In this document: positions 18,120-28,024 of the stretch, piece after piece | How positions within the stretch are numbered: the stretch's first letter is position 1 | How the letters are laid out: each line of letters opens with the position of its first letter | Virus record (IMG/VR): IMGVR_UViG_2778261033_000015 | Source: a virus | Taxonomy: Duplodnaviria; Heunggongvirae; Uroviricota; Caudoviricetes | Reading direction: 5' to 3' (one strand) | DNA length: 39,669 bases | Translations under genes and position numbers: made by a program | Notes under the pieces: model-generated | Told to the model about the DNA's origin: nothing | What the model saw: the letters and a program-made list of their open reading frames with translations, nothing else | The model's database searches: none

Positions 18120-18508
18120 GCACGGGCCTGTTCCGCTTTGTTACCGGTCTTTTTCCGGGGAGCATCCTGTCCGGCTTCGGCTTCGGCTTCGGCTTCGGCT
18201 TCGGCTTCGGCTTCGGCTTCGGCTTCGGCTAAATCTGTACCGGCCACTGCATGAACCACACCCGCCACGCTCCCCGCATCATCAGCAGACGTCTGTAGTA
18301 TTCGCACAGTGAGGCATGGCTCCTCCTCCAGTCGGGCAAGCTGCTCCGGGGTGACCTCAACCTGCTGACGTCCACGCGTGAACAGGAACCCCGCACGACG
18401 AAACGCCGAACGACTGCAACGCACTTCTGCCAGCACCGTGACAGAATTGTCACCACTGACCTGAAGACCTGAATCATCTGTTGCTGCCACAGTGTGATGT
18501 TCATTCAT
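18116..18508 (-). CDS. Hypothetical head-region protein (Mu gp35 position) carrying a (Glu-Ala)10 tract
   Basis: 130-aa ORF between the major head and gp36-like genes; contains ...LAEAEAEAEAEAEAEAEAEAEAG... encoded by the hexanucleotide repeat. Confidence 0.6.
   Translation of the reverse strand: MNEHHTVAATDDSGLQVSGDNSVTVLAEVRCSRSAFRRAGFLFTRGRQQVEVTPEQLARLEEEPCLTVRILQTSADDAGSVAGVVHAVAGTDLAEAEAEAEAEAEAEAEAEAGQDAPRKKTGNKAEQARA
18172..18229. repeat. Perfect tandem hexanucleotide repeat (GGCTTC) x ~9.7 inside a CDS
   Basis: ggcttcggcttcggcttc... read directly from the sequence; in frame, encoding (EA)n on the minus strand. Confidence 0.95.
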
Positions 18509-18551
18509 ATTTGCCCTCCGCAGGGGCCGGGCCGTAAGCCCGGCTCACCGT

Positions 18552-19499
18552 TTACAGATAATCCGCGACAACCAGCTCCAGCTTACCCTTCATCTCGTTA
18601 GAGACGGTTGCGTTTCCGTCTGCGAACAGTTCACGCTCCAGCAGCTGCACCGCCTGTTTTTCCAGCGAGGTGGGGACAACAATATGGGTGGGTTTAATGC
18701 CGAGTTTGCGGCCACCGTCAGCGGTAAATTCGCGCATGGCTGACCAGCCGTGCCACAGTGCATCCAGCGTCAGCGGTGACTGCATCATGTAGGCCATCTG
18801 CCAGAAGCCGTAGCCCACATTGCGACGGGCGGATGCACCAAACACAAATTCGTTATCGGTGAATGCGCGACCTTCATCGACTTTGGTCTGGGCAACCAGT
18901 TCAGCCTTACGGCGATCCTGATAAATCAGCGGTTTTACCGCGCGGGAGCAGTCAAGCAGATACCAGGCCGGACCGCTGTAATCAGCCTGTGCGCCGACAG
19001 AGCCGGTTTTTGCCACAAACATATTGCTGACCATCTGCGCATCCCCGGAGCCATCCACTTTGGGGTAAACCGGATGTTCGGTATCAAAGAAGTTCTGACC
19101 GTCATAGCAGGCCGCACTGATCCCGTCACGCAGGGCAGCAAAGACCAGCTCATCCGGTTGTACCGCCGCAGCGCGCCCCATCTCCTGGAACAACGGGGAA
19201 TAAATACCGAGGTTGTCGTCTTCGAAGTCATCGCGGCTAATGGCGACAGTGCCTTCAAAAGTTTTGTTCACGATGGCATAGCCATAGGCTTTCATCTTCT
19301 CGATGACGCGGGAGCCGATCCACTCACGGAACTGCGGGAACTGCCCCAGCCAGCCGTAGGTGTTGGATTTCGATGTGGAGGGCACGGTCATCGCAATTTT
19401 TTTATACTGCGACGGGGCCATGGACATCCCGGCCTGAAAATCAGAACGGTAGCCCGTCATCAGGGCTGTGATCATCGCCGGTGTAATCGGGGTAGGCAT
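18552..19499 (-). CDS. Major head subunit (Mu T-like)
   Basis: 315-aa ORF directly downstream of the I-like protease/scaffold gene. Confidence 0.85.
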   Translation of the reverse strand: MPTPITPAMITALMTGYRSDFQAGMSMAPSQYKKIAMTVPSTSKSNTYGWLGQFPQFREWIGSRVIEKMKAYGYAIVNKTFEGTVAISRDDFEDDNLGIYSPLFQEMGRAAAVQPDELVFAALRDGISAACYDGQNFFDTEHPVYPKVDGSGDAQMVSNMFVAKTGSVGAQADYSGPAWYLLDCSRAVKPLIYQDRRKAELVAQTKVDEGRAFTDNEFVFGASARRNVGYGFWQMAYMMQSPLTLDALWHGWSAMREFTADGGRKLGIKPTHIVVPTSLEKQAVQLLERELFADGNATVSNEMKGKLELVVADYL

Positions 19500-20623
19500 T
19501 ATTGCATTTCCTCTTTCATTTTCAGGAACTCGGCTTCGGTTTTACCCAGCAGTTTGGCGGCCGCGATATCTTCAGCCGACAGCGCAGCGGTGGCAGTCTT
19601 TTTATCCGGCACGGTCACGGTGTCGGTCTGAAGAGAGGTCAGGGCCGCAACCGGCTGGCGGGCGTCAAGCTGTGCAGAAAGTGCCGCAACGCCAATCTGC
19701 CCGCCCAGTTGTTCCAGATAGCCGCGTTCGCTTTTGAAGATGCGCCCTTCGGATTCAGCCTTGTCCAGCACCTGCTCCAGCGTGGTGCTGCCGTGCTGCG
19801 CCGACAGCGCAACGTATTCGGTACGCAGGGCGTTATACGTTTCAACGGGCACGTATTTCGTCAGATCAATAATGCCGCCAGCCGGTGTGCCTTTTGCGGT
19901 TTCCAGCTCTGCCGACAGACTGGCGACCTGTGTTTTCAGGTTGTCGTGTGCATCCGCACGGGTTTTGATCCCGGTGAGGGCAGACAGCGCCGCCGTGCCC
20001 AGCTCCGGCGTAAATTCGTCACCGTCAGCCACGGTCAGACCGAGCGCCGTCAGCAACTGGCGTAATTGCTCATTCATGGAGGTATCCTTTAAAGGAGGGT
20101 TTAAGGCGTTATAAAGGTCATCCGCCGACAGCGCGGCGACAGGATTCATGCCGGTCAGACCGGGGTCACCGGTAATAGCCAGCATCCGAAGTTCGACAGG
20201 TTCGCCGGTGTTCTCGTCATAGCCAATCACCGGTGAAAACCAGGGGAATTCGTTATTACGCAGATGTTCAAGGGCCGGAGGGTTCCACTTCGGGCGCACC
20301 TCGAAGCCACGCTCTTCACTGAAGCGAAAATTCTCCGGTGAGGCCATCACAAAACCGGCAGCCGGTGCCTGATGCCCCTTAATCAGGGTCTGGTGGTTGT
20401 AGTCAATTTTCACCGGCTGATTGAGCGCCACAACCCGGGATACCATGCGCTCAACGGTCGCACGGTTAATCAGCCAGCCCTCGGCCGGTTTTTCCGGGCG
20501 ACCGTCACGGGCCTTTACCCGACCGGCTGGCATGATCTGACACCAGTCACCGTCCCCGTCTGCGGACAGGCTGATGGCATTCAGAATGGCATAAGCAAGT
20601 TTGGGCGTGTTTTTCGTCTTCAT
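19499..20623 (-). CDS. Head maturation protease/scaffold (Mu I-like)
   Basis: 374-aa ORF with Ala-rich coiled-coil-like C-terminal half; upstream of major head gene. Confidence 0.8.
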   Translation of the reverse strand: MKTKNTPKLAYAILNAISLSADGDGDWCQIMPAGRVKARDGRPEKPAEGWLINRATVERMVSRVVALNQPVKIDYNHQTLIKGHQAPAAGFVMASPENFRFSEERGFEVRPKWNPPALEHLRNNEFPWFSPVIGYDENTGEPVELRMLAITGDPGLTGMNPVAALSADDLYNALNPPLKDTSMNEQLRQLLTALGLTVADGDEFTPELGTAALSALTGIKTRADAHDNLKTQVASLSAELETAKGTPAGGIIDLTKYVPVETYNALRTEYVALSAQHGSTTLEQVLDKAESEGRIFKSERGYLEQLGGQIGVAALSAQLDARQPVAALTSLQTDTVTVPDKKTATAALSAEDIAAAKLLGKTEAEFLKMKEEMQ

Positions 20624-20799
20624 TCCGGCAGCATAAGCCGGGAATTTTCAGGGCGGGTTTTGCGGGATTTCAGGAAGTGCTTCCAGGGGAAAAATACAAA
20701 GGCGCTTCACGCAGATTTTAAAGCCCGTTAAATACAGGTTAGAAAATCACGACACGCGCCTGAAGGGGGTAAGGTAATGCATTTGCATACCTTAAACAA
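20624..20799 (-). promoter_or_regulatory. Intergenic region upstream of I-like gene; candidate late promoter
   Basis: 176-bp non-coding gap in an otherwise tightly packed late region, at the position of Mu's I-gene late promoter. No motif verified. Confidence 0.25.
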
Positions 20800-21273
20800 T
20801 TAAGGCGTTTCTGTGGCCTTTTTAAAGCGTTTTCTGATTTCGTCCATGATCTCCTGCTCTGCCACCTGATCAAAGCCCATATACGGGCGTGCGCCAATGG
20901 CCGCCGGTCCCGGTGGCATACCAGGCAGGCCACCCCACTGATGAATGGCCGCATAAGGCTCATTTGATCCAATCAGCGCCCAGGTATCGCCATAATCCGT
21001 GGTCAGGCGTCGGGCCAGATCGCCGTTCAGCGTCAGGATTTTGCCGGGCATGTATCCCTTACGGGTACGCCACTTGCGGTAAGGATCTGACCAGTCATGC
21101 CAGCGTTCGCCGTCCGGCTCTTTTTCCTGTTCAAACGCCATTTCTGACGATGACAGAAGACTCGCCGCCACACTGCGGGCCAGGTCTTTCCCTCCACCCA
21201 CAAACTGAAGCCGGGCAAAGACCCGCTGGAGACGCGTAACGTCAACAACGACAGCGGCATCAATGGATGACAT
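20800..21273 (-). CDS. Virion morphogenesis protein (Mu G-like)
   Basis: 157-aa ORF between the F-like and I-like genes. Confidence 0.7.
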   Translation of the reverse strand: MSSIDAAVVVDVTRLQRVFARLQFVGGGKDLARSVAASLLSSSEMAFEQEKEPDGERWHDWSDPYRKWRTRKGYMPGKILTLNGDLARRLTTDYGDTWALIGSNEPYAAIHQWGGLPGMPPGPAAIGARPYMGFDQVAEQEIMDEIRKRFKKATETP

Positions 21274-21394
21274 ATTGCCTCCGCATAAAGGATGAATATA
21301 AAATAAACAGGCGGTCAGTGTACGCTTAACTGGTAAAGTCGGTGCCTGCCTCCGGGTGGATCATGTATGCGGGTTCAACCCCCGCCACTGACCG

Positions 21395-22726
21395 TTAATC
21401 AATATCTCCTTCCAGTACCTCAAGCATTCCACCCCGGATATCCGATTTCAGCTTATCCATATTGATAACCCGGTAAGCATTCACAATCACATCCAGTTTA
21501 TCCGGCTGACGCTTCAGGCTGTACGGCGCATTAACGGCAATCTGCACACTGCTATCCTTACTTTCCACGATATACATCAGATTGTTGTGGCGTTTGTCCC
21601 ACAGCACCGCTTTTGGCTTTGCCAGCATTGCCGGTAATCGACCGAAATCCTCCGGCGTCAGGGCGATACCGTCATTCTGATGTTTCATGCTGTCCGCATG
21701 GAGCACATTTTTACCGCTCATCGCCAGCAGGCGGGCCGGTGGCGTTCCCGTCCGGCTTTCCACCGCCTGCGCAATGCTTTCGGTCATAAAGCCCAGCGTG
21801 CGGATATCGTTACCGCCTCGCCGGGTTTTCATGATGTTTTTTGCCCAGATGCGGAACGCCAGCTGCCGCTCCGGGCTGTTGTTCATCTCCTGCACTACCA
21901 TTTCCCGCAGCGCCGGGCTTTTCACCTCGATCAGTTTACGGATCAACGCCTGGTCTGTGCCGAACGCCGCCGAGCCGGGGTTATATGACCAGCCCACATC
22001 CGGTGTCATGGTTCTGGTGCCATCTGAATATGTGGTCACCGGCATTTCTCTGACTTCTCCGGTCTGCTTATCCACGCCAGCCTCAACATTGCGGGTGGAA
22101 AGATGATCCTGACCGGATGAAACGGATAACCCCATTGCATCCAGACGGGTCTGAGACAATGGCCGGACACGGCAGCGGCAGTTCCAGCCATTGGGTGGGT
22201 AGTGTGTATTCCAGAACGGATCGTCATAGCGGAATACCTGCCCGTTAAGGGCGGAATGCGCCGGGCGGGTGCGGCTGTCCATCACCGCCACATACTGCCA
22301 GAACGGATGCGTGTCCGTGTTGTTCATCATCTGCGTGTAACGCCCGGCATTGTAAGCCACGCGGGTGTTCACGTTGTAAATCAGCGCCAGACGGCGGGGA
22401 CTGCCCAGTTGCACTTCTTCTGCGTTACCGGCGCTGTCCACCACAATCTGCTTTCCCCACCATCCCAGCTTTTGCAGGCGGGGTGTCAGTGTGCGGATAA
22501 ATGCTTTCTGTGAAATCCCCTCATCAACAGCACGCTGCACTTCCGCCTGTAGTGTGGTCAGTACGTCCAGGCGTGCCACTTTTGCCGCCGTGAATGAACG
22601 GGCATGAACATCCGCGTCTGTTTCGAACCAGTTCCAGCTGATATGCGCCCCTTTGGCGCGGAAGTATGCCACCGCCTCTTTTGAGGGAAGCGTGGCGGCA
22701 TAACCTAAATCAATCCCCTGTGCCAT
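21395..22726 (-). CDS. Head morphogenesis protein (Mu F / gp30-like)
   Basis: 443-aa ORF directly downstream of portal. Confidence 0.75.
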   Translation of the reverse strand: MAQGIDLGYAATLPSKEAVAYFRAKGAHISWNWFETDADVHARSFTAAKVARLDVLTTLQAEVQRAVDEGISQKAFIRTLTPRLQKLGWWGKQIVVDSAGNAEEVQLGSPRRLALIYNVNTRVAYNAGRYTQMMNNTDTHPFWQYVAVMDSRTRPAHSALNGQVFRYDDPFWNTHYPPNGWNCRCRVRPLSQTRLDAMGLSVSSGQDHLSTRNVEAGVDKQTGEVREMPVTTYSDGTRTMTPDVGWSYNPGSAAFGTDQALIRKLIEVKSPALREMVVQEMNNSPERQLAFRIWAKNIMKTRRGGNDIRTLGFMTESIAQAVESRTGTPPARLLAMSGKNVLHADSMKHQNDGIALTPEDFGRLPAMLAKPKAVLWDKRHNNLMYIVESKDSSVQIAVNAPYSLKRQPDKLDVIVNAYRVINMDKLKSDIRGGMLEVLEGDID

Positions 22727-24308
22727 CCAGCATCCCCTTCATTTCCGCAGCAAACATGGCATCACTGAGCAGCGTCATCAGGCGGGAATCATCCATTTCA
22801 CGGTAAAGGGCAGGCAGGTCTGCCAGTGCCTCCGCCAGCCCCCGCGTTCTGATGGCTTCAATGACCGGCTCCAGTACCGGGTCGATGGCCTCCTGTAACC
22901 GGCGGGCAGGCACCGCATCCCCCATGTCGTCCAGTTCATCTCGGGGGCTGCTCTTCGCTTCCGGCAGTCTGGCAGCCAGCGCTGTCTGCTCTGTCTTCTC
23001 CTGTTTTTCCGGTGGCATCTCTTTGTCTGTCTGAGCAGGTTCATTGCCACTCTGACGGACACGGAAGATGGCTTCACCGGGGGCAGGCTGTGGAATACCG
23101 GTCTGCTCCCGCACCCAGGGATCAGGAATATCCATCCCCGTACTGAGCTGCATCACCGCACTGGTGATTTTGGTGATATCCCCCGGCTCTTTTGTCTGGA
23201 AACAGATACGCGGCAGGCGACGGATATCAATGGCGTGGGCGGTGTTCAGGGCATACAGCGGATACACCAGATCGCGGTTCAGCGTGGCGGCCAGCTGACG
23301 TAAATCAGAATCCCTGATTTCCCGGCGCACCTCGTTATGCACTTCACCCAGCGAACGTGCGCCCTTGTCTCCGGCTTCCGTGGTCAGCGTGCCGCCGAGG
23401 ATAGCTTTGGAGATGGAACGCTCCCCCCACGAAATCATGGTTTCAAACGGATCGGCCTGACCGTTCGCTGCCGCCTGAAACTCCAGCGACATCCCGGCCG
23501 GGATGATCCCGCCTGTACGTCGCCCGATATCCATCACCGCCCGCATCAGGGCGCTTTTCTGCTCCGGTGTTGCCCCGGACGGGTATTTACCGACCTTCAT
23601 CGGCAGGCCGTACACCTCCAGAAATTCAGCCAGATCGCGCACGGAATAGTTTTTGAAAATGAACGGCCAGATAAGCGTTCTGACAAGCCCCGTCGCACCA
23701 CCGTAGCCAGTGCGTGAACGCGACTGATGCACTATCCAGCCAAAGGGCTGAAACGCCACCCCGGCATGGCTGCCGTCACGCAGCCGCAGTTCGCTCAAAT
23801 CATCCGGGTTAAGGCAGAAATGCCCGCTGTCACGCCAGCGGATGGCGCGGATGATGTGCATTTTACCGAGCATCCCGTGCTCAATCTCCATACAGGAATA
23901 GCCCTTCAGGATGGCATCGGTGGCATCAAACAGCATGGCATCAAACCAGTCGGCGGAATGCAGATATTCGTCGAGCATTTCCGCGTCCTTTTTCTCATTC
24001 GCGCTGGCGTTCGGGGGCGGCTCAATACTCCAGGACACCCCCTGAATGGCAAGGCGTCGCTTGCCCAGCTCTGCAAAAAGGTGGGTATCCTTTTCTTCAA
24101 TGTCAGCGGCCAGATCGGACTGGGCAATCAGATCGCCACGTTCAGCTCCGCGAAGGCACTGTGCCGCCCGGTTCGGGGTGATACCCGAGGCCGGATGTTC
24201 AATATAACGGCTGGCAATCTGCGGAATATCCAGCACGGCACTCTGCATCTCCGGGTCAAAGGAGAAAGGTTTTCCGTCAAGATCAATTATGCGTCCCACT
24301 ACCAGCAC
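22710..24308 (-). CDS. Portal protein (Mu gp29-like)
   Basis: 532-aa ORF downstream of terminase large subunit, overlapping it by 10 nt. Confidence 0.85.
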   Translation of the reverse strand: MLVVGRIIDLDGKPFSFDPEMQSAVLDIPQIASRYIEHPASGITPNRAAQCLRGAERGDLIAQSDLAADIEEKDTHLFAELGKRRLAIQGVSWSIEPPPNASANEKKDAEMLDEYLHSADWFDAMLFDATDAILKGYSCMEIEHGMLGKMHIIRAIRWRDSGHFCLNPDDLSELRLRDGSHAGVAFQPFGWIVHQSRSRTGYGGATGLVRTLIWPFIFKNYSVRDLAEFLEVYGLPMKVGKYPSGATPEQKSALMRAVMDIGRRTGGIIPAGMSLEFQAAANGQADPFETMISWGERSISKAILGGTLTTEAGDKGARSLGEVHNEVRREIRDSDLRQLAATLNRDLVYPLYALNTAHAIDIRRLPRICFQTKEPGDITKITSAVMQLSTGMDIPDPWVREQTGIPQPAPGEAIFRVRQSGNEPAQTDKEMPPEKQEKTEQTALAARLPEAKSSPRDELDDMGDAVPARRLQEAIDPVLEPVIEAIRTRGLAEALADLPALYREMDDSRLMTLLSDAMFAAEMKGMLDGTGD

Positions 24309-25963
24309 CCCCGATCAAATTCATGATATGCCTCATCGTCATCACGATAACCGCCCTCCATTGCCCGCGACCGCTCCGGCAGCGCCTGACAGGCTGATTC
24401 ATCCAGGATGAAGCCCTCCATGTATGACGCCCGGTTTGCCATACAGAGCGCCACGGCAAAATCACCATGGCGGCGGGCGTTCACAGCCGTTGCGTTCTGG
24501 TCCTTCGTACGCCCCTTGTCGATTTGCGGGATACCGTTCACCACCTTCACATGGCGCAAATCATCAAGCGTGGTCTGATGGCGGGCGACGAGGATATTCT
24601 GATCCTCAAACTCGGCCTTCAGTTTTGGCATCCACTCGCCATACCACTTCGGCGATAACATCACGCAGTCGATGATGTCCGGGCCAAAGGCCAGCAGCGC
24701 GGCTTCGGCCAGATAGCCGCCGTTACCGGTGGCGTCGAACGCCGCACCGACCAGCGCCGGAACGCGGGTCAGGATGTACATCATCACCTGCTCCTGCTGG
24801 GCATACGGCAGGTTGCGCAGCTCCACGCGAAACACCTCGCGTTTTGCCAGGGATTCAGTGATTTCCAGCAGCACAAAGCAGGACAGGTCTCCGGTGCGGG
24901 CAAAGTCTTCCCCGAAGCTGAAGCGGGAACGGGGATTTAACGCCTCTAAAAGCGGTTTTAAATGTTCTTCACACCAGGTTAAAACCTCCGATTCACGCAG
25001 CCATGCGGCACGGCTGATGAAGTCGTCCGGGGCTTCAAACGTCAGAATCGGGATGTCGCGGATCATCGCCATTTCAATAAGCGCGTGAGGAATATAGGCA
25101 CCGCCGGATTTTTTCGGGATACAGCCGTATTCCTCGTCGGCATCCTCACGGGTCGGGGCGTTTTTGTAGAGATCATCACGCCACTTCTGCTCGCTTTCCG
25201 GTGACCATTCGCGGCCGGTGACATAACAGATACGACGGTACAGCCCGTCCGCAATGGCATCATCCAGGGTAATGCGGTGGACGCTGTAATCCTTGCGCCC
25301 CTCGCGGGCTTCCTGAATGTACTGATTAAACAGATTATCGACGCCGTTATGCGTGGAGATAATACGCACGCGCGCGCCCCACATGGTAAGCGCCATTGCC
25401 GCCTTGAGAAGCTCATCCAGTGACTCGTGGAACGCGGCTTCATCAATCACCACATCCCCCTGAAGGCCGCGCAGGTTTGACGGACGGGAAGACAGTGCCT
25501 GAATTTTGAATCCACTGTTCGGAAAGCGGATCATGTAGGTCAGAATTTCTTCTTTTTTATCCCGATCCCAGAAGGTCTGCTCATACACATCAGCATCTGC
25601 CAGCTGGTTAAAGGCACGGGAGAACAGTGCGCAGGCAGAAATATATTCCAGCGCCATCTCCTGCTTTGACCCCACATAAAACACATTGCGGCCACCACGC
25701 CGCTTCGGTTTTGCAGCGGTAATGACGTTACGCCCGGCTTCCGCCCAGGTAAGCCCGGTGCGGCGGGATTTTTCCGCGATGCAGACCTCGCTTTCATCCT
25801 CAAACCAGCGGGCCTGATAATCCAGAAACACCGGCATATCACCGGGCAAATCAAGGCTGTCCGGCACATCCACGCCCAGCAGGGCTTTTTCACCGGCCAG
25901 ATCAATTTTGCGGGTGGAGACGGTATTCGTCAGTAAGGGTGAGAGTTCTTCGGCGTTATTCAT
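24299..25963 (-). CDS. Terminase large subunit (Mu gp28-like)
   Basis: 554-aa ORF of terminase size preceding portal. Confidence 0.85.
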   Translation of the reverse strand: MNNAEELSPLLTNTVSTRKIDLAGEKALLGVDVPDSLDLPGDMPVFLDYQARWFEDESEVCIAEKSRRTGLTWAEAGRNVITAAKPKRRGGRNVFYVGSKQEMALEYISACALFSRAFNQLADADVYEQTFWDRDKKEEILTYMIRFPNSGFKIQALSSRPSNLRGLQGDVVIDEAAFHESLDELLKAAMALTMWGARVRIISTHNGVDNLFNQYIQEAREGRKDYSVHRITLDDAIADGLYRRICYVTGREWSPESEQKWRDDLYKNAPTREDADEEYGCIPKKSGGAYIPHALIEMAMIRDIPILTFEAPDDFISRAAWLRESEVLTWCEEHLKPLLEALNPRSRFSFGEDFARTGDLSCFVLLEITESLAKREVFRVELRNLPYAQQEQVMMYILTRVPALVGAAFDATGNGGYLAEAALLAFGPDIIDCVMLSPKWYGEWMPKLKAEFEDQNILVARHQTTLDDLRHVKVVNGIPQIDKGRTKDQNATAVNARRHGDFAVALCMANRASYMEGFILDESACQALPERSRAMEGGYRDDDEAYHEFDRGCW

Positions 25964-26544
25964 CAGGCTTTACCCAACAGAATCCCCTTAATACGGGACT
26001 CAAGCTGTTCACTCATCCCGTCCACGCCGCGCAGCTCGTCGGTGACCGCGTTTGCCATCTCTTCAGCAAATGCGGCCCGGATTTCTTTTTCACGCTTAAT
26101 GCTGCGCTCGGCGGCACTTTCCGCACGCTGTGCTGACAGGAGGATGTCTTTGATGAGGCGCATATCCACGTCGCTGTCGCTGTTCAGAGATTCGGTCGCG
26201 GCACGCAGGCGGCGGTACATCAGGGCGCGGGACATTTCCAGAATCAGCGCTGTGGTTTCACCGGTTGGCTTGTCCCCCAGTTCGGCCATCATGGCTTTTG
26301 TCTGCTCGCGTAAATCACGCAGGTTACGGGCAATCAGCTCATTACGGGAGGCTTCCCGGCTGATGGCCGCCGGTGAAAGCTGCTGCTCTTCCGGCAGGCC
26401 CGCCTCTCGGATCAGACGGTTGATTTCCTCGCGGATCTGGACCTGCGTCAGACGTTTTTCACGCAGCATTTCCAGCAGCGGCTTACGGATGCTGTCGGGG
26501 AGCAAATCCACCTTGCGTACACGACCACGCGTCGGCTTGTCCAT
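25963..26544 (-). CDS. Terminase small-subunit-like protein (Mu gp27-like)
   Basis: 193-aa Arg/Glu-rich helical protein immediately upstream of terminase large subunit. Confidence 0.6.
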   Translation of the reverse strand: MDKPTRGRVRKVDLLPDSIRKPLLEMLREKRLTQVQIREEINRLIREAGLPEEQQLSPAAISREASRNELIARNLRDLREQTKAMMAELGDKPTGETTALILEMSRALMYRRLRAATESLNSDSDVDMRLIKDILLSAQRAESAAERSIKREKEIRAAFAEEMANAVTDELRGVDGMSEQLESRIKGILLGKA

Positions 26545-26546
26545 CG

Positions 26547-26837
26547 TTACCCCCTTGCGCGTGGTTTCTTCACACCCGGAACGCAGGCCCGGCCTTCCGC
26601 CACATCCTGCCCACGACCGGTCAGTTCCGCGATGAAATAACCGTTAATCAGAACGCGTTTGCGCACCAGTCCCTGCTCGGCAAGCCAGGCAATGTGGGTG
26701 TGAACGGTGTCGCGGGACACGCGGTGGCCGTAATCATCCAGACAGTCCTGGAGCACGGATTCACCCAGTTCACCGTTGTAATCTGCCAGCGACCGCAGAA
26801 TGACCAGACGCTGATCTTCAGTAATGAAATCACTCAT
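26547..26837 (-). CDS. Conserved late protein (Mu gp26 position)
   Basis: 96-aa ORF, tightly coupled to neighbours. Confidence 0.5.
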   Translation of the reverse strand: MSDFITEDQRLVILRSLADYNGELGESVLQDCLDDYGHRVSRDTVHTHIAWLAEQGLVRKRVLINGYFIAELTGRGQDVAEGRACVPGVKKPRARG

Positions 26838-27142
26838 TGCGTTTTTTTCCTTACAGCCTGCTCCAGCAGCAGTTCGTTCTGATAGGAGACAGAGCGGAGC
26901 GTGGCGTTCGTGGTTTTCAGTTCACCCCGCAGGGTCACGATTTCCACATTCAGACGGTTGACCTCGGCTTCTGTCGGCAGTGACGACAGGCGGGTTTCCA
27001 CCTTCTCAACGCGGTCGGAGAGTTTTTCAAAGGCCTCGCGGGGGACAAACGTTTTGCGCATCAGCGCCATGAATATCCCGCCAGCGGTTGCCGTCGCCGA
27101 AAGGATCGGCACAACATAATCTTTAACGATGCTGACCCACAT
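26834..27142 (-). CDS. Membrane protein with coiled coil (lysis-associated?; Mu gp25 position)
   Basis: 102 aa; single N-terminal TM (VVPILSATATAGGIFMALM) then helical region. Confidence 0.5.
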   Translation of the reverse strand: MWVSIVKDYVVPILSATATAGGIFMALMRKTFVPREAFEKLSDRVEKVETRLSSLPTEAEVNRLNVEIVTLRGELKTTNATLRSVSYQNELLLEQAVRKKTQ

Positions 27143-27350
27143 TACGGGCCTCCATGATGTTCTGGCAGTTCACACAACGGATGGCATCAGGCACAGCAAC
27201 AAGACGTGCGGCGGGGATCTCTCCACCACAGTCCGCGCAGACACGTCTGCCCGGCGTATCCACTGCCTGGCGCTTACGTGTCAGCCGGTTACAAAGGGCG
27301 CGTTCTGATCCCCGCTCCATCACAGCCTGAGCACGATCTGAATCATCCAT
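27123..27350 (-). CDS. TraR/DksA-family C4 zinc-finger protein
   Basis: 75 aa with CADCGGEIP...RCVNCQ, the TraR/DksA C4 signature. Confidence 0.7.
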   Translation of the reverse strand: MDDSDRAQAVMERGSERALCNRLTRKRQAVDTPGRRVCADCGGEIPAARLVAVPDAIRCVNCQNIMEARNVGQHR

Positions 27351-27359
27351 ACCTTTTCC

Positions 27360-27731
27360 TTACTTCGTTTTTCCTGCCGGAACAGCAGGCGTTCCGGCCA
27401 TATCAGTAAATTCATGTTGTCGCCGCGTCTCCAGACGACGAATACTGGCCTTGTCCACGTTGCAGTTCTTGATCACCGCCAGCAGTTGCAGGTTGTAAGT
27501 GACCGATGCCCCAAACGTGAACGGCTCCGGCGCAGGAGGGACTAGGCAGTCAGCCAGCCATTCAGCGGGGATCGGCACCGGCTTCACAGGCACGTATTTC
27601 ACAGACGGCCCGGCGCACCCGATCAGCCACATCATCAGGAACAGGGGCAGAGGCCGCAGGCACTGCTGCCAGCGACCGGCGGACAACGCTCTGCTGCCCC
27701 TCGCTGTGCTGAATGTTCTGTTGTTTTTCAT
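27360..27731 (-). CDS. Putative o-spanin (Rz1-like lipoprotein), embedded/overlapping
   Basis: Frame contains lipobox-like LIGC after a hydrophobic run, followed by Pro-rich PVKPVPIP; overlaps the i-spanin candidate out of frame. Start uncertain. Confidence 0.45.
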   Translation of the reverse strand: MKNNRTFSTARGSRALSAGRWQQCLRPLPLFLMMWLIGCAGPSVKYVPVKPVPIPAEWLADCLVPPAPEPFTFGASVTYNLQLLAVIKNCNVDKASIRRLETRRQHEFTDMAGTPAVPAGKTK

Positions 27732-27912
27732 TCGTGGCCGCCTCACTGATTTGTGAAATGAGTTGCAGGGTGTGCTGCTGATTTGCCAGCACCTGACGCG
27801 CCTCATCCCGCTCACGCACAAGCACCTGATTATTGTCTTCAAGGCGCTGCGTCTTCTGGTGCATTCCCCATATCGCGGCAACCAGTACAGCGATAATCCC
27901 CAGCGCCGCCAT
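27562..27912 (-). CDS. Putative i-spanin (Rz-like)
   Basis: N-terminal TM (MAALGIIAVLVAAIWGM) then coiled-coil-like region; downstream of endolysin. Start ambiguous (ATG 27912 or GTG 27951). Confidence 0.5.
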   Translation of the reverse strand: MAALGIIAVLVAAIWGMHQKTQRLEDNNQVLVRERDEARQVLANQQHTLQLISQISEAATNEKQQNIQHSEGQQSVVRRSLAAVPAASAPVPDDVADRVRRAVCEIRACEAGADPR

Positions 27913-28024
27913 GCACGCCCCGGCAATCAGGGCCGGTAAGGCATTATTCACCGCAGCCACAGGACACCCCGTAACAGCAGTACCGCACACAGCAGCGCTA
28001 TCATGATCGGTCGCCAGAAGCGGT

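Noticed and set aside
18172-18229. Hexanucleotide repeat as a CRISPR-like or regulatory array
   Set aside because: Uninterrupted 6-bp units with no spacers, fully inside a coding frame; it is a coding microsatellite.
20624-21394. Anti-CRISPR-type insertion between the G-like and I-like genes, as in some Mu-like phages
   Set aside because: The gaps here (176 bp and 121 bp) contain no plausible ORF.
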